Positions 14,319 to 27,681 are shown, counted from the stretch's first letter. The stretch is 64,000 nucleotides of DNA from Amoebidium appalachense (GCA_963693365.1 CAVNZM010000003.1:2333908-2397907), one strand, 5' to 3'. Made by a program: numbers and translations. The notes: generated by a model from the letters alone, not told the origin.

Positions 14319-15583
14319 CCCCCCCCCCCCCCCCCCCCCCCCGTCTTTCCCTGTTTCTCTTTCATTCATCCCTCCCACCCTTTCTCCCCCCCCCCCCCCC
14401 CCCCCCCCAAACTCTCTTCTCACCCTTCCCTCCACACTTCTCGAGCAATTCAAACGTTGCTCTGGTACCTTTAATCGGGGATGTGTCGTTGGATGTGGTT
14501 TGCTAACGGGGGTACTCCCACCAGACACCTTGGCCTCCTTCCGTAGCGATGAAGATTCACTTCCAGCAGAGACCCTTCTACTTGGAAAGGATATTTGTGA
14601 TAAATATTTCCTTATTTAGTTGTTTAGCTTTGTACTAAGGCTTGTCTAGGCTCTGTGAATCCCATGTAAGCCGGTATAGCTCGGGGGCACCTGCAGCGCC
14701 CCTCGTCTAGTGTGTGGTCGTGCTGGAAAACGCACTAAGCCATACATGCACACGAGGGGCAATGCTCCCACCTTCTCCCAAAATATAGACCGCGTAAACC
14801 AACATGAAGGATCCATGCGCGTGGGCGCGTGGGCAGTGCCTTCCACCAGGGGAGGGTGTGGCAGGTTAAGAAGCCGTTCAACTTGGATGTCAAGGCAGCC
14901 GATAGATGCACCTCCCGACTCCTATCCCTATTCGCTGATAACACACTGGCACACGCGCCCGCGCACACACACACACAGGCATACACAGGCACAGACGCAG
15001 AAACAGATACAGACACATCACCACCACAACCATCCCCCCTTCCCCCCGCCCCCCCCCCCCCCCCCCTCCGAGTCCCCCCCCCCCCCTCCCATTCCCTCCT
15101 AACCATGTATACACACACACACACTCCCACCCCCTGTGCCTTGCGTACACCTTTGCACATGCCGTCCGACCTCTAAAACCGGCGGAAACGAAGGTTAATA
15201 TATGGTTACCTGTGTGTTGTGCAATTGTTTTTTTCTTTTTTTTTTTTTCTTTTTTCCTTTTTCTTTTTTTTGTTTTTGGAGGGGGGGGGGGGGGGGGGGG
15301 GGGATAGACATTGGAATGGGAAGTTAAATCAGCAAGCAGTCGGGGTGTGGGATTTGAAACTTTTAAGGGAGGACGGTTAACGTTGTTGGGGGGGAAGGAA
15401 GGGGGGGGGGGGGGGGAGATGGCTGGTTGAAGTGACTCGGAGGAAGTGATCATACATCTCTAGGCCTATATATAGCGCAGCTTTTGCCCGCCCCCCTCTC
15501 CCCTCCCGGCATGCCACACACACACACGCACACGCACGCGCGCCCATGCACGCACACGCACACACACACACGCACGCACACAG

Positions 15584-15631
<48 letters not shown>

Positions 15632-16897
15632 ACACGTGCACATACACACACACACACACACTACACACACAATGTGACACACACACACAGACATGTGCAC
15701 ACACACACACACACACCTCTGATGAATTCCCTCGTCCGTTCCGCAAAAGAACCTTTCATTCCTTGACATTATTCATCCATAATGCCGCCACACCGCCTCG
15801 ACATGCACGCACGGCTTCCAACCTATAAAAACCACAAGGTTCCTCGGCAACCTCTACAATATTGGGGGGGGGGGGCGGGTTGGTGCAATGGTAAGATCTC
15901 TGCGTGTCAAGCACAAAGTCGCAGGATCGATCCTGGTTACCTTCCGATATTTTTCTGCCTCGACGGTCCACCGGTCTGGCCGCCCCCTAGAAGCCATCAC
16001 CCCAGACCACGTCAAGCAGCACCACCAATTTGTTATCATCCGGCCGCAAGACATGACGTCATGAACAGCACCGGCCCTCTGACGTCGACGGCGCGCCGCT
16101 TGGGCATTCCAGCCCAACATTCAAGTGGGAGACCAGTCCGAGTCACCGGCCACGGTTCGGGTCAGCGTCCTGGGCATGGGGTCTTCCCCTTTCAAGTCAA
16201 ATATATGTTTGTGTATGTGTCCCGGGTCGCTCCCGGCTGGTGTTGTTAAAGTGAGCTGTGCTCACTTCCCCACTAGCGCATAATGTACAGTGCCTCGGCT
16301 GCAGGCTGTATGCATGCCAGAGTGTCTAACCGACGCACTGCAACGTATATGACCAGCATAAGACCATTACTACCAAATGATACTTACGGACGTTTACATA
16401 TCCCATCGGACCCGATAGCACGGGCCGCCGCGCCACGGCCGCAGGCGCGCGTATGTCCTGTCCTACACACACTCTCGCAAATCCGTCAACCGAAGTCATC
16501 ATAATAAGTGACACAATTTTAACATACTTGAACATTTAAACAGCTTTGTAATAACATTCGAAAGTAATAGAACGAAAAGGGTCGATAACTCGAAAACCGT
16601 TGCTTCATTCAATATGTATGTATCAATGTCATGCAGGACCTCGGTCCGACATGCATATCGAATTCCAGGAAAATTCCACGAGATCATTCGGATAAAACTT
16701 TCTGGACAATTCAGTTCTTTTTTGCAGGATCACATGGGGGTTTACACACTTTTTATTGCGTGGACATTGCCGGAGGCCCAGCCACATTCGACGGCCTACT
16801 GCGTTTTCCAGCACAGCCAATCAAATGCAGCCAGTGACATATGTACATGCTAGGCAACAATGAGCGCCATCGTAGTATCTGACACCCCTATTACATA

Positions 16898-18202
16898 TTA
16901 TGGGTAAGCAGATGCTAGCATCGGTAGCTCCGACAGAAAGTTAAGGCACCGGATCACAATATCATACTGTGCAGCATTAATAAGGTGATCTAGGATAGTC
17001 ATCTTAAAACGGATATATTGAGGAAGAGATGAAGAAAAGAGAATAAAACCGCCAATAACCTCCGGTTCTAATACATTAGCTAACAGGTTGCATTTATTGA
17101 TAGATATGCAGCCGCGAGTAAACCGCCCCCCACACATATTACACATACGAGCAGGAGACACCAGAAACCGATTACACCGCCAAGCCATAATCATCTTTGC
17201 GTTTTTACACCACACCACATTACGAATAAACGAATCTATGTATGAACGAGACTCTCTAACCGTATCCGCCATATAGGCTACTAGTAGTTGGTGTTTGTGC
17301 GGTCCTAACACCGGAAGGGACTCAACACGTAGAGTAAAAAGATATCTATCAGCCATAGACTTGAAACTATTCATATTCACACTATGATCTAGCCGTACCT
17401 CCGGGGGGGTCGCCAGCCATTCCACATAGCGCTCGGCAATGGGCAGAGACGATGGGGAAGGGAAGAGGTACAGGGGCGAATCCGGCGGGGATGCGTGTAG
17501 CCGGAAGAGCGGGTGGTCCGGGGCACAAGCGGACAGGCGGGTGATGTGCTCGTGAAATTTAAGGGCTAATTCGTGTACGCGTTGTGATGGTGGTGTGAGT
17601 GCGTAGAGAGAATCAAAAAGGCGTCTAGGGATAGGTGTGGAAAGACCAGTGAGAAACATACAACAAGTTGTGTAATGGAAATCATCTAATGATTTGAGGA
17701 CATTAGTAACAGTATCAGGGGGTGCCATAGCTAGTAAGGGCAACCCGTATTCCGACAAAGGGCGAATATATGTGCGAAATATACTAAGACGATTGTATAG
17801 GTGGACAGTATGAGAAAGAGTAGCAAGATACACATCCCGAAATAACCGAAGACACCTGCCTGCACTCTCCACCCGACGGTCGATCATCCGTTTGAAACAT
17901 ATGCCCCATTCGTCCACCGGAATCCCCAAATACTTGTATTCGATTGGGCGAGGGAGGGGACTGCCGAAAATACAAACGTCGTCCCATGCCGGTATCGATT
18001 TTGATAAAAGGGCACACTTTTTGACATTAATCTGCATATCGTTGCGCTGGCACCAATGTTCAACCACACGAATGTATTGCCGTAGTTCGAGAGGATCGGA
18101 TGACATAAGCACAATATCGTCGGCAAAAAAGAGGGCGGGAGGAGCCTGGGATGGCAACCCCCCGTCAATTTGTGCCGCAGAAAGAATTGGGGACAGTTTG
18201 GG
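16898..18202 (-). pseudogene. Non-LTR retrotransposon RT, C-terminal half, truncated upstream by a Plavaka-type insertion
   Basis: Motifs ALFFADDIVL, INVKKC, YKYLGI, RTYIRPLSEYGL and a C-terminal CxxC. The ORF runs into the CATCAGCAA terminus at 18203. Confidence 0.85.
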
Positions 18203-19200
18203 CATCAGCAAACTTCCCCGTGGTATTGCCAATATTGTGAGGCTATTATCTATTGCCAATATCGTAAAAACACCAGATTAACACTGAAGTAATATCAATT
18301 ATCCATTGCCAATGTATTGCGAGTAGAGATTTTCTGTGGTAGAGACGCTATAGAAGTGTAATAGAACTGTAATATTGACGTAATATCGGCATAATATTTT
18401 TATATTATTGTCATACCATGCCGGGTCTACCACCAATAACTATATACCGTATGAGTAATGTACTGGCAATATCCCAAAATGCGTGTACGTGTGCCTATTA
18501 ACAATACAATTGCGATATTGTCAATGTATTTATTCGGTATTATACTACTGCTTGCGGAGTATTGTCAATACGTTATGAATATATAAAATGTAGGGCAATT
18601 TTGTGTCAAATTATGGTATTGTCCAACGTGGCAAGACTATTGCCAATATATTATGAATGTATTATTCCTGACCATTTTGAGATATTGGCAATATACCCAA
18701 CCCATATGTCCCATATGGCCGATACAAACATAACGTCGCTATTGGTTATAGGGTTGTGATACTATTATAATAGGATCTCAATTCGGTCGAAATGTATTGC
18801 CAATGTATGCGTCACAATATCAAGACTATTATGCACCTATTATCAATAGGTAAAAGCAACCGAAAATATGGGGCGTGTATTTTATTGCCAATATATTGGT
18901 AAAATATTGGGGATGAAAGATCAGGTCACTTTATTTATGTAGTCGCAATATTGTGAATGTATTGCCAACACAATGTCATGTTCAACAAACATGTTCGGAG
19001 TGTAGTCCTCGTATGCGCAGTACATTGCTAATACCGTGGTATTAGGGTGGACATATACTGACATTATGTAGATCATATCCTACCCATATCACATCCATAT
19101 TAGTAGGACATAAACATGATATAGCAAGAAAACTTTTATCCTATTGCGAATATCTAAGGCACAAGTGGTATTGGCAATGTCACGAATACATCTATAATAC
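18203..19200. mobile_element. Left end and subterminal region of Plavaka/CMC transposon copy A (other end outside the window)
   Basis: Starts CATCAGCAAACTTCCCCGTGGTATTGCCAAT. About 1 kb is highly similar to 33467-33681 plus 37241-38017 of copy B. Confidence 0.85.
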
Positions 19201-20213
19201 TGTTGTTTTGTACGGGTCTAAGGGAGCAGAGTGCACAGAGGTGTCATGTAAAACACGACTAACACATTAATGAGAGGGCAATCGGAGTTGTTCACGAGAC
19301 ATTGAAAGATTCAAACAACAACTGATTCTTTATTGTGCTCTCGGTTCCTTTTGTACTTGCGACTTATCACCTTATCACAACTAAAGAGGGAGAACCAATC
19401 GGTTCTATCAGAAGATAGAAAAACACATTCCAACAGAGCATACGCATTCCAACTTCCGATTAAACTAAAGTTTAGAAATTCTTACTTAAATAAATTAAGT
19501 AATTATACATCTAGTCACTATTAACTCATCTATGAAAACTACTCCGGGACGTGTGTTGCCTCTAGGGGGACATCCCCTTGGACGAAAGTGAACCTGCAAT
19601 GGTTGTAAACCACGGCAAGCCCCCAGTCATCAATTTATTGATCCGTGAGGTCCATGTGCCCAAAAAACGGGGGAAGTCTTCGCCCCGTGAAAAAACAGCA
19701 CGTATGTGTGGATCAATGGGGGTTGTGTGTGGGTGTAGGTGGGTGGGTGAAAAGGAATATATAGCTGTAAGGCTGTGGATGCTAAACACAGAAGATGTGT
19801 TTGTAGCTTGCTGATCTGCTAAAAACTGTCGTGCTTATATACCTAAGCCTACCGATCTGAGCCAATCAAAAATCGATCTAGTGATATGTGAAATCTGATC
19901 CGAGCCAATCATAACTCGGTCTAGTGATCTGTGGTATCTGATGTTTTGACTGGCTAATAGGTGCCCGTGTGCGGGCAGCCAACCGCTAACTGCTAAAACA
20001 CGAAATGAAGCCTACATGGTTATGTTGGTACCGAACACCCATCCTACGTGTTTACCCAGAAAAATATTTATGTCAATAATTTCCACAAATAAAACCTCTA
20101 TGAAAACTACTCCGGGACGTGTGTTGCCTCTAGGGGGACATCCCCTTGGACGAAAGTGAACCTGCAATGGTTGTAAACCACGGCACGAGAGCAGTATGCT
20201 TGCTCCAAAGGTT

Positions 20214-21192
20214 TCACTTAAGAATAGAGGCGAATACACGTGTGGTGGTGGCAGCAATGGAGGCCGGACGAAGTCGGGTATAGATCAGGAAGCAGTCGGA
20301 GGACCACCTGCCGAGTTGTTTGATCCGGGAGTCGTCGACCCCGGCCTCAGCCAGTGCTGTGGCCCCCCCGATGCGGAGGCTGTGTCCGGCAAACCGGGAG
20401 GGTGAGAGGCCTGCCCGGGAGAGGAGGGCACGGAAATCGGCAGAGAAAGCACTCTTGGTGTAGGGGATGCCACCGAGACTGAAGAGGGGGTCGTCGGGTT
20501 GACCGGACGTTGTATCCAGGAACTGCCGGAGGAGATGGGCTGGGGAGAAGTGGGTGAGGGGCAGGGCAGCTAGGGTGACGTTGACACCTCGGGCCTGTAC
20601 ATCCGTCTTAGAGGTTGGCAGGTGGAGGGTGGCATGGGACAAAGTACCGGTGGGGGTGTAGCTGAAGGTCACGTCCTTCCGTTTAACGTGACGGGACGGG
20701 TCGAAAGAAGTCAGGGTCTTGGAGGTAAATTCCCCTGAACGGAGGAGACCACAGAAACCGACGATGAGGGCCGTCCATAGCCGGAGATTGGCCGAGGAGG
20801 CCTTGGTGGGGCACTGGCCATGGAGTAGGCGGAGGTGGGAGGGGAGGAGGGGTTCCCTGGTGGATGAGCGGGGTCGGATGTTGTGAGAAAGCTGCCATCG
20901 GCCCACCCCCCGTAGGAACCAGGCCAGAGACTTGTCGTGGGGGTAGGGAGCAGGGAGGCCCATGTCGAGGTGGAGCCTAGTGATGGCCGAATTGTAGCCG
21001 GTTAAGGAAGAGGCCTGTACCCCTCGTTGGGCACACCAGGCGAGAAAAAGTTGCACGGTGTGTGGGGAGGCCGGGAGGGAGGACCCGGAGGAGGATTGCA
21101 GCCGAGATGCCACACAGAAATCGATGAACACTTTTTGCACCCGGGAGTAAAAGGCCCGAGAGTCGAGGTTGAGACTCAGGGCCTGGCATTCC
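20214..21192 (-). CDS. Tyrosine recombinase of the Ngaro element; N-terminus displaced to 27574-27631 by Copia-1
   Basis: Catalytic motifs LLRSGE, SKTD, GHSLRIGGAT and LGRWSSDCFLIY. Removing Copia-1 restores TTTLQE|CQALSLNLDSRAFYSRVQKVF in frame. Confidence 0.92.
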
Positions 21193-22381
21193 TGTTATTT
21201 TGTGTGGGTAAACGGAGAAGCAGAGAGCACAGATGGGTGTTATGATATACACAACACAGAGACACACGGGAAAAACACAACCGGAGAGGAGGAACGATTT
21301 CTGGAACCATGGGAAGTGAATACGACTGCTTATGATTTATTTCAAGATGAGGTCCCTTTTATACTTGGGAATGTGAAACGATAAACCAATCAAAAGAACG
21401 AAAACTATGAGTGTAAAATATATCGATTAAAATGTCTGTCGACACATAGAATATAAAACTCAATCCTCTAATGAAAGAAACTTCTAATAAAACCACGGAA
21501 ACATTTAACAAAATGAAACCACTTATGTAACTATTAATTCATAACATACATTTATACATGTTCTTATCATAACACGTCTAAATATAATTATTCCTAATAG
21601 TTGAAGAACATAGCACAATGCTACGTCGTGGGAAAGGAATGAGAAAGGAATGTAAGTTACTATATTTGGGAAAATACAAACGAGATATGATTGGATGACA
21701 TATATAGATTTTGACACAAACGACAATACGTGTGCGCGGGCTAAGTATGTCGATACGTACACAGATCTAAGATGTCGTGTACACGGAAACGGAAAAGAAA
21801 GAAAGAAATGAAGAAAGGAAAAGGAAACAAACTACAACAACTAATAAATAAATACAAAACTCAACTTCTAAGTCTTGCTGAGAATCAAGTGAAGATGACA
21901 TCCCCACTCAAGGGTTGGAAGTTGGGTTCTCGTGAAGTTTGTTGATGTGACTGTTGATGTTAAGACTCTCACACATGTAGAAGCAGGTGCCGTGAAGTCA
22001 CAGTCAAGTTTCCCCACTCGAGAAGACAATGAAGAAGACTTGAAGGTGCAAGCCGGGGAAGAAAACCAAAACGGAAGAAGCACACAACGACGGTTGCCTC
22101 TGAAGACTCGGAACATGACGGTAGCCAATGACGATATATAAATATATATAGAAGAAAAACAACTAGTGTATGTGTGACGTGTTGGTGGCTAATGATTTAT
22201 ACATTATATATATGATGGTATATAAATAAACGACGGATGGTGGAGAAGAAATCCCCACTGAAGATGCACACACTGAAGATCGATGAAGACAGCAGTAGAC
22301 TTTCGTTGGGAGGTGTCTCTACACGGTGATGTGTAGACCTCTGGCCAGGGCCCCAACCTACTTGAAGACCACTGTAGATGA

Positions 22382-22423
<42 letters not shown>

Positions 22424-25400
22424 CTCAGTCACGAAGACTGAGTGAATCACGGTGCTGCTCGTGGGAGGGCCCGGGCAGGGGCTTGGTGAAGATGTCAGCC
22501 ACGTTGTCTTTGCTGGACACGTAGGTGACGACCACATCCCCACTCTTGATGTAGTCCTTCGTGTTGTGGTAACGGACTGCAATGTGTTTGGTCCGGTGCT
22601 TGATGCTGTTGGTGTGCAGGAGGGCAATGGTGGACTGGTTGTCACAGTAGACGGGGGTGGGGTCGGTCATCGGGTAGCCGAGTTCACGGAGGAGATCACG
22701 GTGCCAGATGACGTTTTGAACAGCAGCATTGATGGCCAGAAGCTCAGCCTCGGTGGTGGATGTTGCCGTGATGGACTGCAGCTTCGAATACCATGTGATG
22801 GGTATGCCCTTGAAGAAGATGACGTATCCGGTGGTTGAACGACGGGTGTTGGGGCAGTTGGCAAAGTCAGCATCAGAATAACACTCCAGCAAGGGGGTGT
22901 TGTCGTCGGAAGCAGACTTGTCGTAGTGAAGGCCGAGGTTGGAAGTGCCGATGAGGTACCGAACTACACGGAGTAGACATTCCCATGCAAGTTTGGTGGG
23001 GTTGGCACTGAATCTACCGAGGTAGCCGATGGCAAAGGAGATGTCGGGCCGGGAACAACGAGCAACCCACAAAAGACGGCCGAGTAGTTCACGGTAGGGA
23101 ACCTTGATGGGTGGTGAGTCGTTCTCGTTGATGGTGATGACGGTGCCGACGGGAATGGGAGTAGCCTTGGGGTGAGCATCGTTGAGGTTGAAGTCTCTGA
23201 CGATGTCGTTGATGTAGGATTGTTGAAGCAGCTTGAGGTGACCGGGTGTGTGGATGAGCTGGGTGCCAAGGAAGATGTCGGGAAGGTCAACCTTGCAGAG
23301 AGCTGACTTCATGATGTGGTCTACTAGATCCTTGGTGTGGGAAGAGTTGGCCGTGCAGATGATGATGACGTCGTCCACATAGTTGCCAGTGAGGATGATG
23401 TCACCGTTGGGGAAGGTCTTGATGTAGACACATGGATCTGAACGGAGACGTTCAAGACCGTGAGTAAGGAGGACCTTGTCGAAGTACTCATACCAGGCCA
23501 GTGATGCTTGCTTGAGCCCGTAGAGTGCCTTCTTAAGTTTCCAGACCTTGTGTTCGTTGCCGGGGGTGATGAAGCCAGGTGGTGGCTCAATGTAGATGTC
23601 TTCTTGAAGAGGACTGTTGAGGAAGGCAGTTGAGACGTCGAGTTGATGAATCTCATGGTTGCCGTCCACACCGATGGCAAGGAGGGCACGGACGGAGGAG
23701 GACATCACCACGGGGGAAGAGGTGTCACCGTAGTCAACACCGTAGACTTGAGTGAAGCCCTTTGCAACACCACGAGCTTTGATCTTGGTGTCACCGGCTG
23801 AGTTGAGGACTTTCTCAGTCACAATCCACTTGAACTTGATGATGTTGGCACCAGGGGGGGGATCAACAATGGTGAAGACATCCTTGGTGATGAAGGCTTG
23901 GTACTCGGAGGTGAGGGCAGCTATGACGGCATCACCGTTGGGACCGTTGCAAAGCTTTTGAATGCCCTTGGGGAGCTGGTCAATGTTGATGGTCGGTGCT
24001 ACGATGCTAACCAGTGCCGTTGGAGTCTTGGTGAGACGGGTAGACCGACGAAGGTTGGGCTTGGGGGGGTCCTTGAGAGGGGTGGTGGCCGGGTAGGTGG
24101 TGGAGGCCGGGATAGGGGCATGGAAGCCAGGAATAGGACCGGTGGTGAGGGGGGCATCGGTGTCCACAGGGCTGCTCGAGGCCGAGTGGAAGGTGGGGGA
24201 CCCAGGACGAACCGGAGTCATGTAGCCGGGTTGATGTACAGCAACGGGGGGGGACGGCAGCAAGGGTTGTTGGCCAGTGGGGGGGGGGCTCGGGGGAGGT
24301 ACGGGTTCAACCGGGGCTGGTTGGTTGTGCCAGGACGGTTGGGAGATGACCACAGACGGAGTTTCATCGTCGTCGTCGGAGGGGGGGTCCAATGTCGGCA
24401 GATCGGGTTTGGGGGGAACGGAGACCTGATTGGTGCTGCTCGTGAATTTCGACTCGTCGAAGATCACATCACGGCAGATCTTGATTTGGTTGCTGGCATG
24501 GTCGAGGATCTTGTGTGCCTTGGAGGGTAGGTCCCAGCCGACGTAGGTGCCGACTCTGACGGTTGATGCCAGCTTGTTCCTCTTTGACCGGGGAACATGC
24601 ACGTATGCAGGGGAGCCGAACACGTGGAGCTGGGAGACGTCGGGTTTGAAGCCGTGGAAGGCCTCGAAGGGAGTGTTGCCGTTGGCAGCAGATGACGGTG
24701 TGACGTTGATGATGTAGCCTGCATGCTTGAGAGCAGCAACCCACAACTTGGGAGAGAGAGGTTGGTCCTTGTCGGCATGGAGGAAGCAACGGACTGTCTC
24801 TTGCAGTTCTCTCATCTTCCGTTCAACAACACCGTTTTGCTGTGGTGTGTCGACGGGGGCAAACTCCATGATGATGCCTTTCTGCTTGCAGTAGGCCTCG
24901 GTGTCCTTGGAGGTGAACTCAGAGCCGGAGTCAAACCGAAGATGGGTGACGATCTCAGGTGTCTGACGTTCAATGGTTTCAACGAGAGACTGAATGTGGC
25001 TGAGGGTTTCACCACGGTTGTAGAGGGGGAACACGGTGGTGTAACCGGTGGCATCACAAACACACACCAGAGCAACCTTGTAGCCTCCGTAGGAAGCACA
25101 GGGAGCTTCGAAGAAGTCCAGATGCCACTTAGCACCGGGAATGGTGAATTTGGAACGGGTGCCGGGAAAGGGGGCCTTGGTGGTCTTGCCAGACATGCAG
25201 CCGAAGCAGTCACTGTTGTCGGGTGACTTGAGGGAGTGGGGCATGCCGATGACAAGCTCATCTTTGGCCATCCTGGTGACGGTGGAGAGGGCACGGTGGC
25301 CGAGACGGTTGTGCCAAAGGGTGAGGTCGGTGGGTGGTTGAGTCCTTGCTGTGTAGGCTTGGACCTTCGGGTGTTGAGGAGTCTCAATCACATAGTCAGT

Positions 25401-27573
25401 GATGTAGTAGAGACCGTCGAGGGGGGTGAGATCTGAAATGATGTCACCATTACGGCTGTAGAGGAACGACGGGTGGTTGTCTGTATCGTCACAATGACCC
25501 AGGAGGCCGGCAGCTGAGGCCATGGAGGTAGACACGAGGAAAGACGGTGCCTCGGGTACGTAGTAAGCATTGATGCTGCACGGTGTTGGGTGTCCGTTGT
25601 AGTGCAGTGTCATGTTGATGATGCCACGTTGTTTGGCATTGACTGTGCCGAGGCCGTGAATGGGGGTGGGAGGACACGGGGTAAGGGAGGAGAAATACTC
25701 CTTGATGGGGCAGATGTGTGCATTACAAGCACTGTCCCAGACGGGGTCGTTACTGTCAGGTGTGCCGGTGGAGGAGATAAGTGCAAATTTCACACTCTTG
25801 TCACCTTTCTCCTGCTTGGCACGACGAGCAACTGTACAGCCAGGCTCCGGGCATGCTGTGATGTGGTGGGGCTCATGGCAGTAGGAACACTTCACACTTT
25901 TGGTGTTGTGCTGTCGGTTACGGTTGTCCCTGTTACCACGGTGGTAAGGGGAAGTTGAACGGGGGCCGGGTGACTTGGAGGAAGGACGAGGATCACGGGA
26001 ACGGGACGGGGAACGGTGAGGTGTATGCTCACGTCGAGGAATACGGTTACGGAGGTCACCGGGGGGAAGCACTCTGCTCTGGAGTGCACGGAGGGGACGG
26101 TTGTTGACGGTTGCACCTGTGCCTGCGTCGATGAGGCCGGCACGGATTTCAGCTCCTCGGATGTCACTGATGAGCATGTTGAAGGACGGGTAGGCCTTGT
26201 TGTTCATCCAGTAGTCGGAGCAGAGACGTTCAATGTCGGAGCAGACCAGGGCTGTGTTCTTCCGGAGGTGGAGGAAGAACTTACGTACGACATCCTTGTG
26301 CTGGACGGGCTCGTCGAGGCAGGCAAGTGTCGTAGCCAGACGTTGGAGACGGGTGAGGTATGCTGTGACGTTGGGGTAGTCTCGTAGTTCAAGCTCCTCG
26401 AAGGTGACTTGAATCTGGGTGACTCGGGCCTCCTTCTCTGCTACATACGCCATACGTAGGTTGTGGAAGACTTCACCACCGTGGACACCGTCTTGCATCC
26501 GGCCGGAGTCGTAGAGCTCGGTCGGGTGGACGGACTGGTTGAGGATCTGGTCGAGGACGTCGGAAGCTTTCTTGTAGGAGTCCTTGGTGGTGTAGCCTAG
26601 CCACTGGTTGGCTTCAGCGCCGTCAACCCACTGTGGCCTCTTGATAGCGTCAACGAATTTCTCGGCAATGGTTGTTCTAATGAACCGGTGAATGAGTGGC
26701 TCCCACTCGAAATAATTAAGACGTTTCTCGTCTCGTTTCTCGGACGGATTCCATATTGGAAGGTTGATATACGACGGTTTGTCAGTCATGATTGAAGCAG
26801 TAAGACTGAGAGATTTTCGCGGTTGTAGCGAGATTGTGTGTTAGCGTGCAAAGGGGCCGTAAACCTGTTATTTTGTGTGGGTAAACAGAGAAGCAGAGAG
26901 CACAGATGGGTGTTATGATATACACAACACAGAGACACACGGGAAAAACACAACCGGAGAGGAGGAACGATTTCTGGAACCATGGGAAGTGAATACGACT
27001 GCTTATGATTTATTTCAAGATGAGGTCCCTTTTATACTTGGGAATGTGAAACGATAAACCAATCAAAAGAACGAAAACTATGAGTGTAAAATATATCGAT
27101 TAAAATGTCTGTCGACACATAGAATATAAAACTCAATCCTCTAATGAAAGAAACTTCTAATAAAACCACGGAAACATTTAACAAAATGAAACCACTTATG
27201 TAACTATTAATTCATAACATACATTTATACATGTTCTTATCATAACACGTCTAAATATAATTATTCCTAATAGTTGAAGAACATAGCACAATGCTACGTC
27301 GTGGGAAAGGAATGAGAAAGGAATGTAAGTTACTATATTTGGGAAAATACAAACGAGATATGATTGGATGACATATATAGATTTTGACACAAACGACAAT
27401 ACGTGTGCGCGAGCTAAGTATGTCGATACGTACACAGATCTAAGATGTCGTGTACACGGAAACGGAAAAGAAAGAAAGAAATGAAGAAAGGAAAAGGAAA
27501 CAAACTACAACAACTAATAAATAAATACAAAACTCAACTTCTAAGTCTTGCTGAGAATCAAGTGAAGATGACA
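21193..27573 (-). mobile_element. Full-length young Ty1/Copia LTR retrotransposon (Copia-1)
   Basis: 708-bp TG...CA LTRs at 21193-21900 and 26866-27573 (two differences noticed by eye). 5-bp TSD ATTCC at 21188-21192 and 27574-27578. PPT at 21901-21910; PBS-like sequence at 26853-26865. Confidence 0.97.
22425..26789 (-). CDS. Copia gag-pol polyprotein, 1454 aa, uninterrupted
   Basis: Zn knuckle CSYCHEPHHITAC, protease WDSAC, LWHNRLGH/CxxC, integrase RFDSGSEF and QQNGVVER, RT YVDD, RNase H YSDADFA. Domain order PR-IN-RT-RH. Confidence 0.97.
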   Translation of the reverse strand: MTDKPSYINLPIWNPSEKRDEKRLNYFEWEPLIHRFIRTTIAEKFVDAIKRPQWVDGAEANQWLGYTTKDSYKKASDVLDQILNQSVHPTELYDSGRMQDGVHGGEVFHNLRMAYVAEKEARVTQIQVTFEELELRDYPNVTAYLTRLQRLATTLACLDEPVQHKDVVRKFFLHLRKNTALVCSDIERLCSDYWMNNKAYPSFNMLISDIRGAEIRAGLIDAGTGATVNNRPLRALQSRVLPPGDLRNRIPRREHTPHRSPSRSRDPRPSSKSPGPRSTSPYHRGNRDNRNRQHNTKSVKCSYCHEPHHITACPEPGCTVARRAKQEKGDKSVKFALISSTGTPDSNDPVWDSACNAHICPIKEYFSSLTPCPPTPIHGLGTVNAKQRGIINMTLHYNGHPTPCSINAYYVPEAPSFLVSTSMASAAGLLGHCDDTDNHPSFLYSRNGDIISDLTPLDGLYYITDYVIETPQHPKVQAYTARTQPPTDLTLWHNRLGHRALSTVTRMAKDELVIGMPHSLKSPDNSDCFGCMSGKTTKAPFPGTRSKFTIPGAKWHLDFFEAPCASYGGYKVALVCVCDATGYTTVFPLYNRGETLSHIQSLVETIERQTPEIVTHLRFDSGSEFTSKDTEAYCKQKGIIMEFAPVDTPQQNGVVERKMRELQETVRCFLHADKDQPLSPKLWVAALKHAGYIINVTPSSAANGNTPFEAFHGFKPDVSQLHVFGSPAYVHVPRSKRNKLASTVRVGTYVGWDLPSKAHKILDHASNQIKICRDVIFDESKFTSSTNQVSVPPKPDLPTLDPPSDDDDETPSVVISQPSWHNQPAPVEPVPPPSPPPTGQQPLLPSPPVAVHQPGYMTPVRPGSPTFHSASSSPVDTDAPLTTGPIPGFHAPIPASTTYPATTPLKDPPKPNLRRSTRLTKTPTALVSIVAPTINIDQLPKGIQKLCNGPNGDAVIAALTSEYQAFITKDVFTIVDPPPGANIIKFKWIVTEKVLNSAGDTKIKARGVAKGFTQVYGVDYGDTSSPVVMSSSVRALLAIGVDGNHEIHQLDVSTAFLNSPLQEDIYIEPPPGFITPGNEHKVWKLKKALYGLKQASLAWYEYFDKVLLTHGLERLRSDPCVYIKTFPNGDIILTGNYVDDVIIICTANSSHTKDLVDHIMKSALCKVDLPDIFLGTQLIHTPGHLKLLQQSYINDIVRDFNLNDAHPKATPIPVGTVITINENDSPPIKVPYRELLGRLLWVARCSRPDISFAIGYLGRFSANPTKLAWECLLRVVRYLIGTSNLGLHYDKSASDDNTPLLECYSDADFANCPNTRRSTTGYVIFFKGIPITWYSKLQSITATSTTEAELLAINAAVQNVIWHRDLLRELGYPMTDPTPVYCDNQSTIALLHTNSIKHRTKHIAVRYHNTKDYIKSGDVVVTYVSSKDNVADIFTKPLPGPSHEQHRDSLSLRD

Positions 27574-27681
27574 ATTCCTGCAGGGTAGTGGTGGCTCGAA
27601 GCAGCTCGGCCGGAGCAAAGTGGGGGGCCAATCTGCCAGTGTTGCTCCGGAACGGGAGATCTGGGGGGGGGGGGGGGGGGG

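Noticed and set aside
1-16000. Many long ORFs rich in HT, CV, SL, RE, poly-P or poly-G (e.g. 12556-13875)
   Set aside because: They are translations of microsatellites and homopolymers with no domain content.
9140-16120. Scattered exon-like islands (9140-9305, 11130-11270, 11840-11955, 14465-14580, 15860-16120)
   Set aside because: I could not assemble a consistent frame or recognise a product. They may be real host exons and need RNA-seq.
20214-21140. Phage integrase or Crypton/Starship recombinase
   Set aside because: It lies within split direct repeats together with a DIRS-type RT/RNase H, so the Ngaro element explains it.
22452-26392. Antisense and alternative-frame ORFs overlapping Copia pol (similar ones overlap the Ngaro and LINE genes)
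   Set aside because: Shadow ORFs expected from GC-rich codon bias; no motifs.
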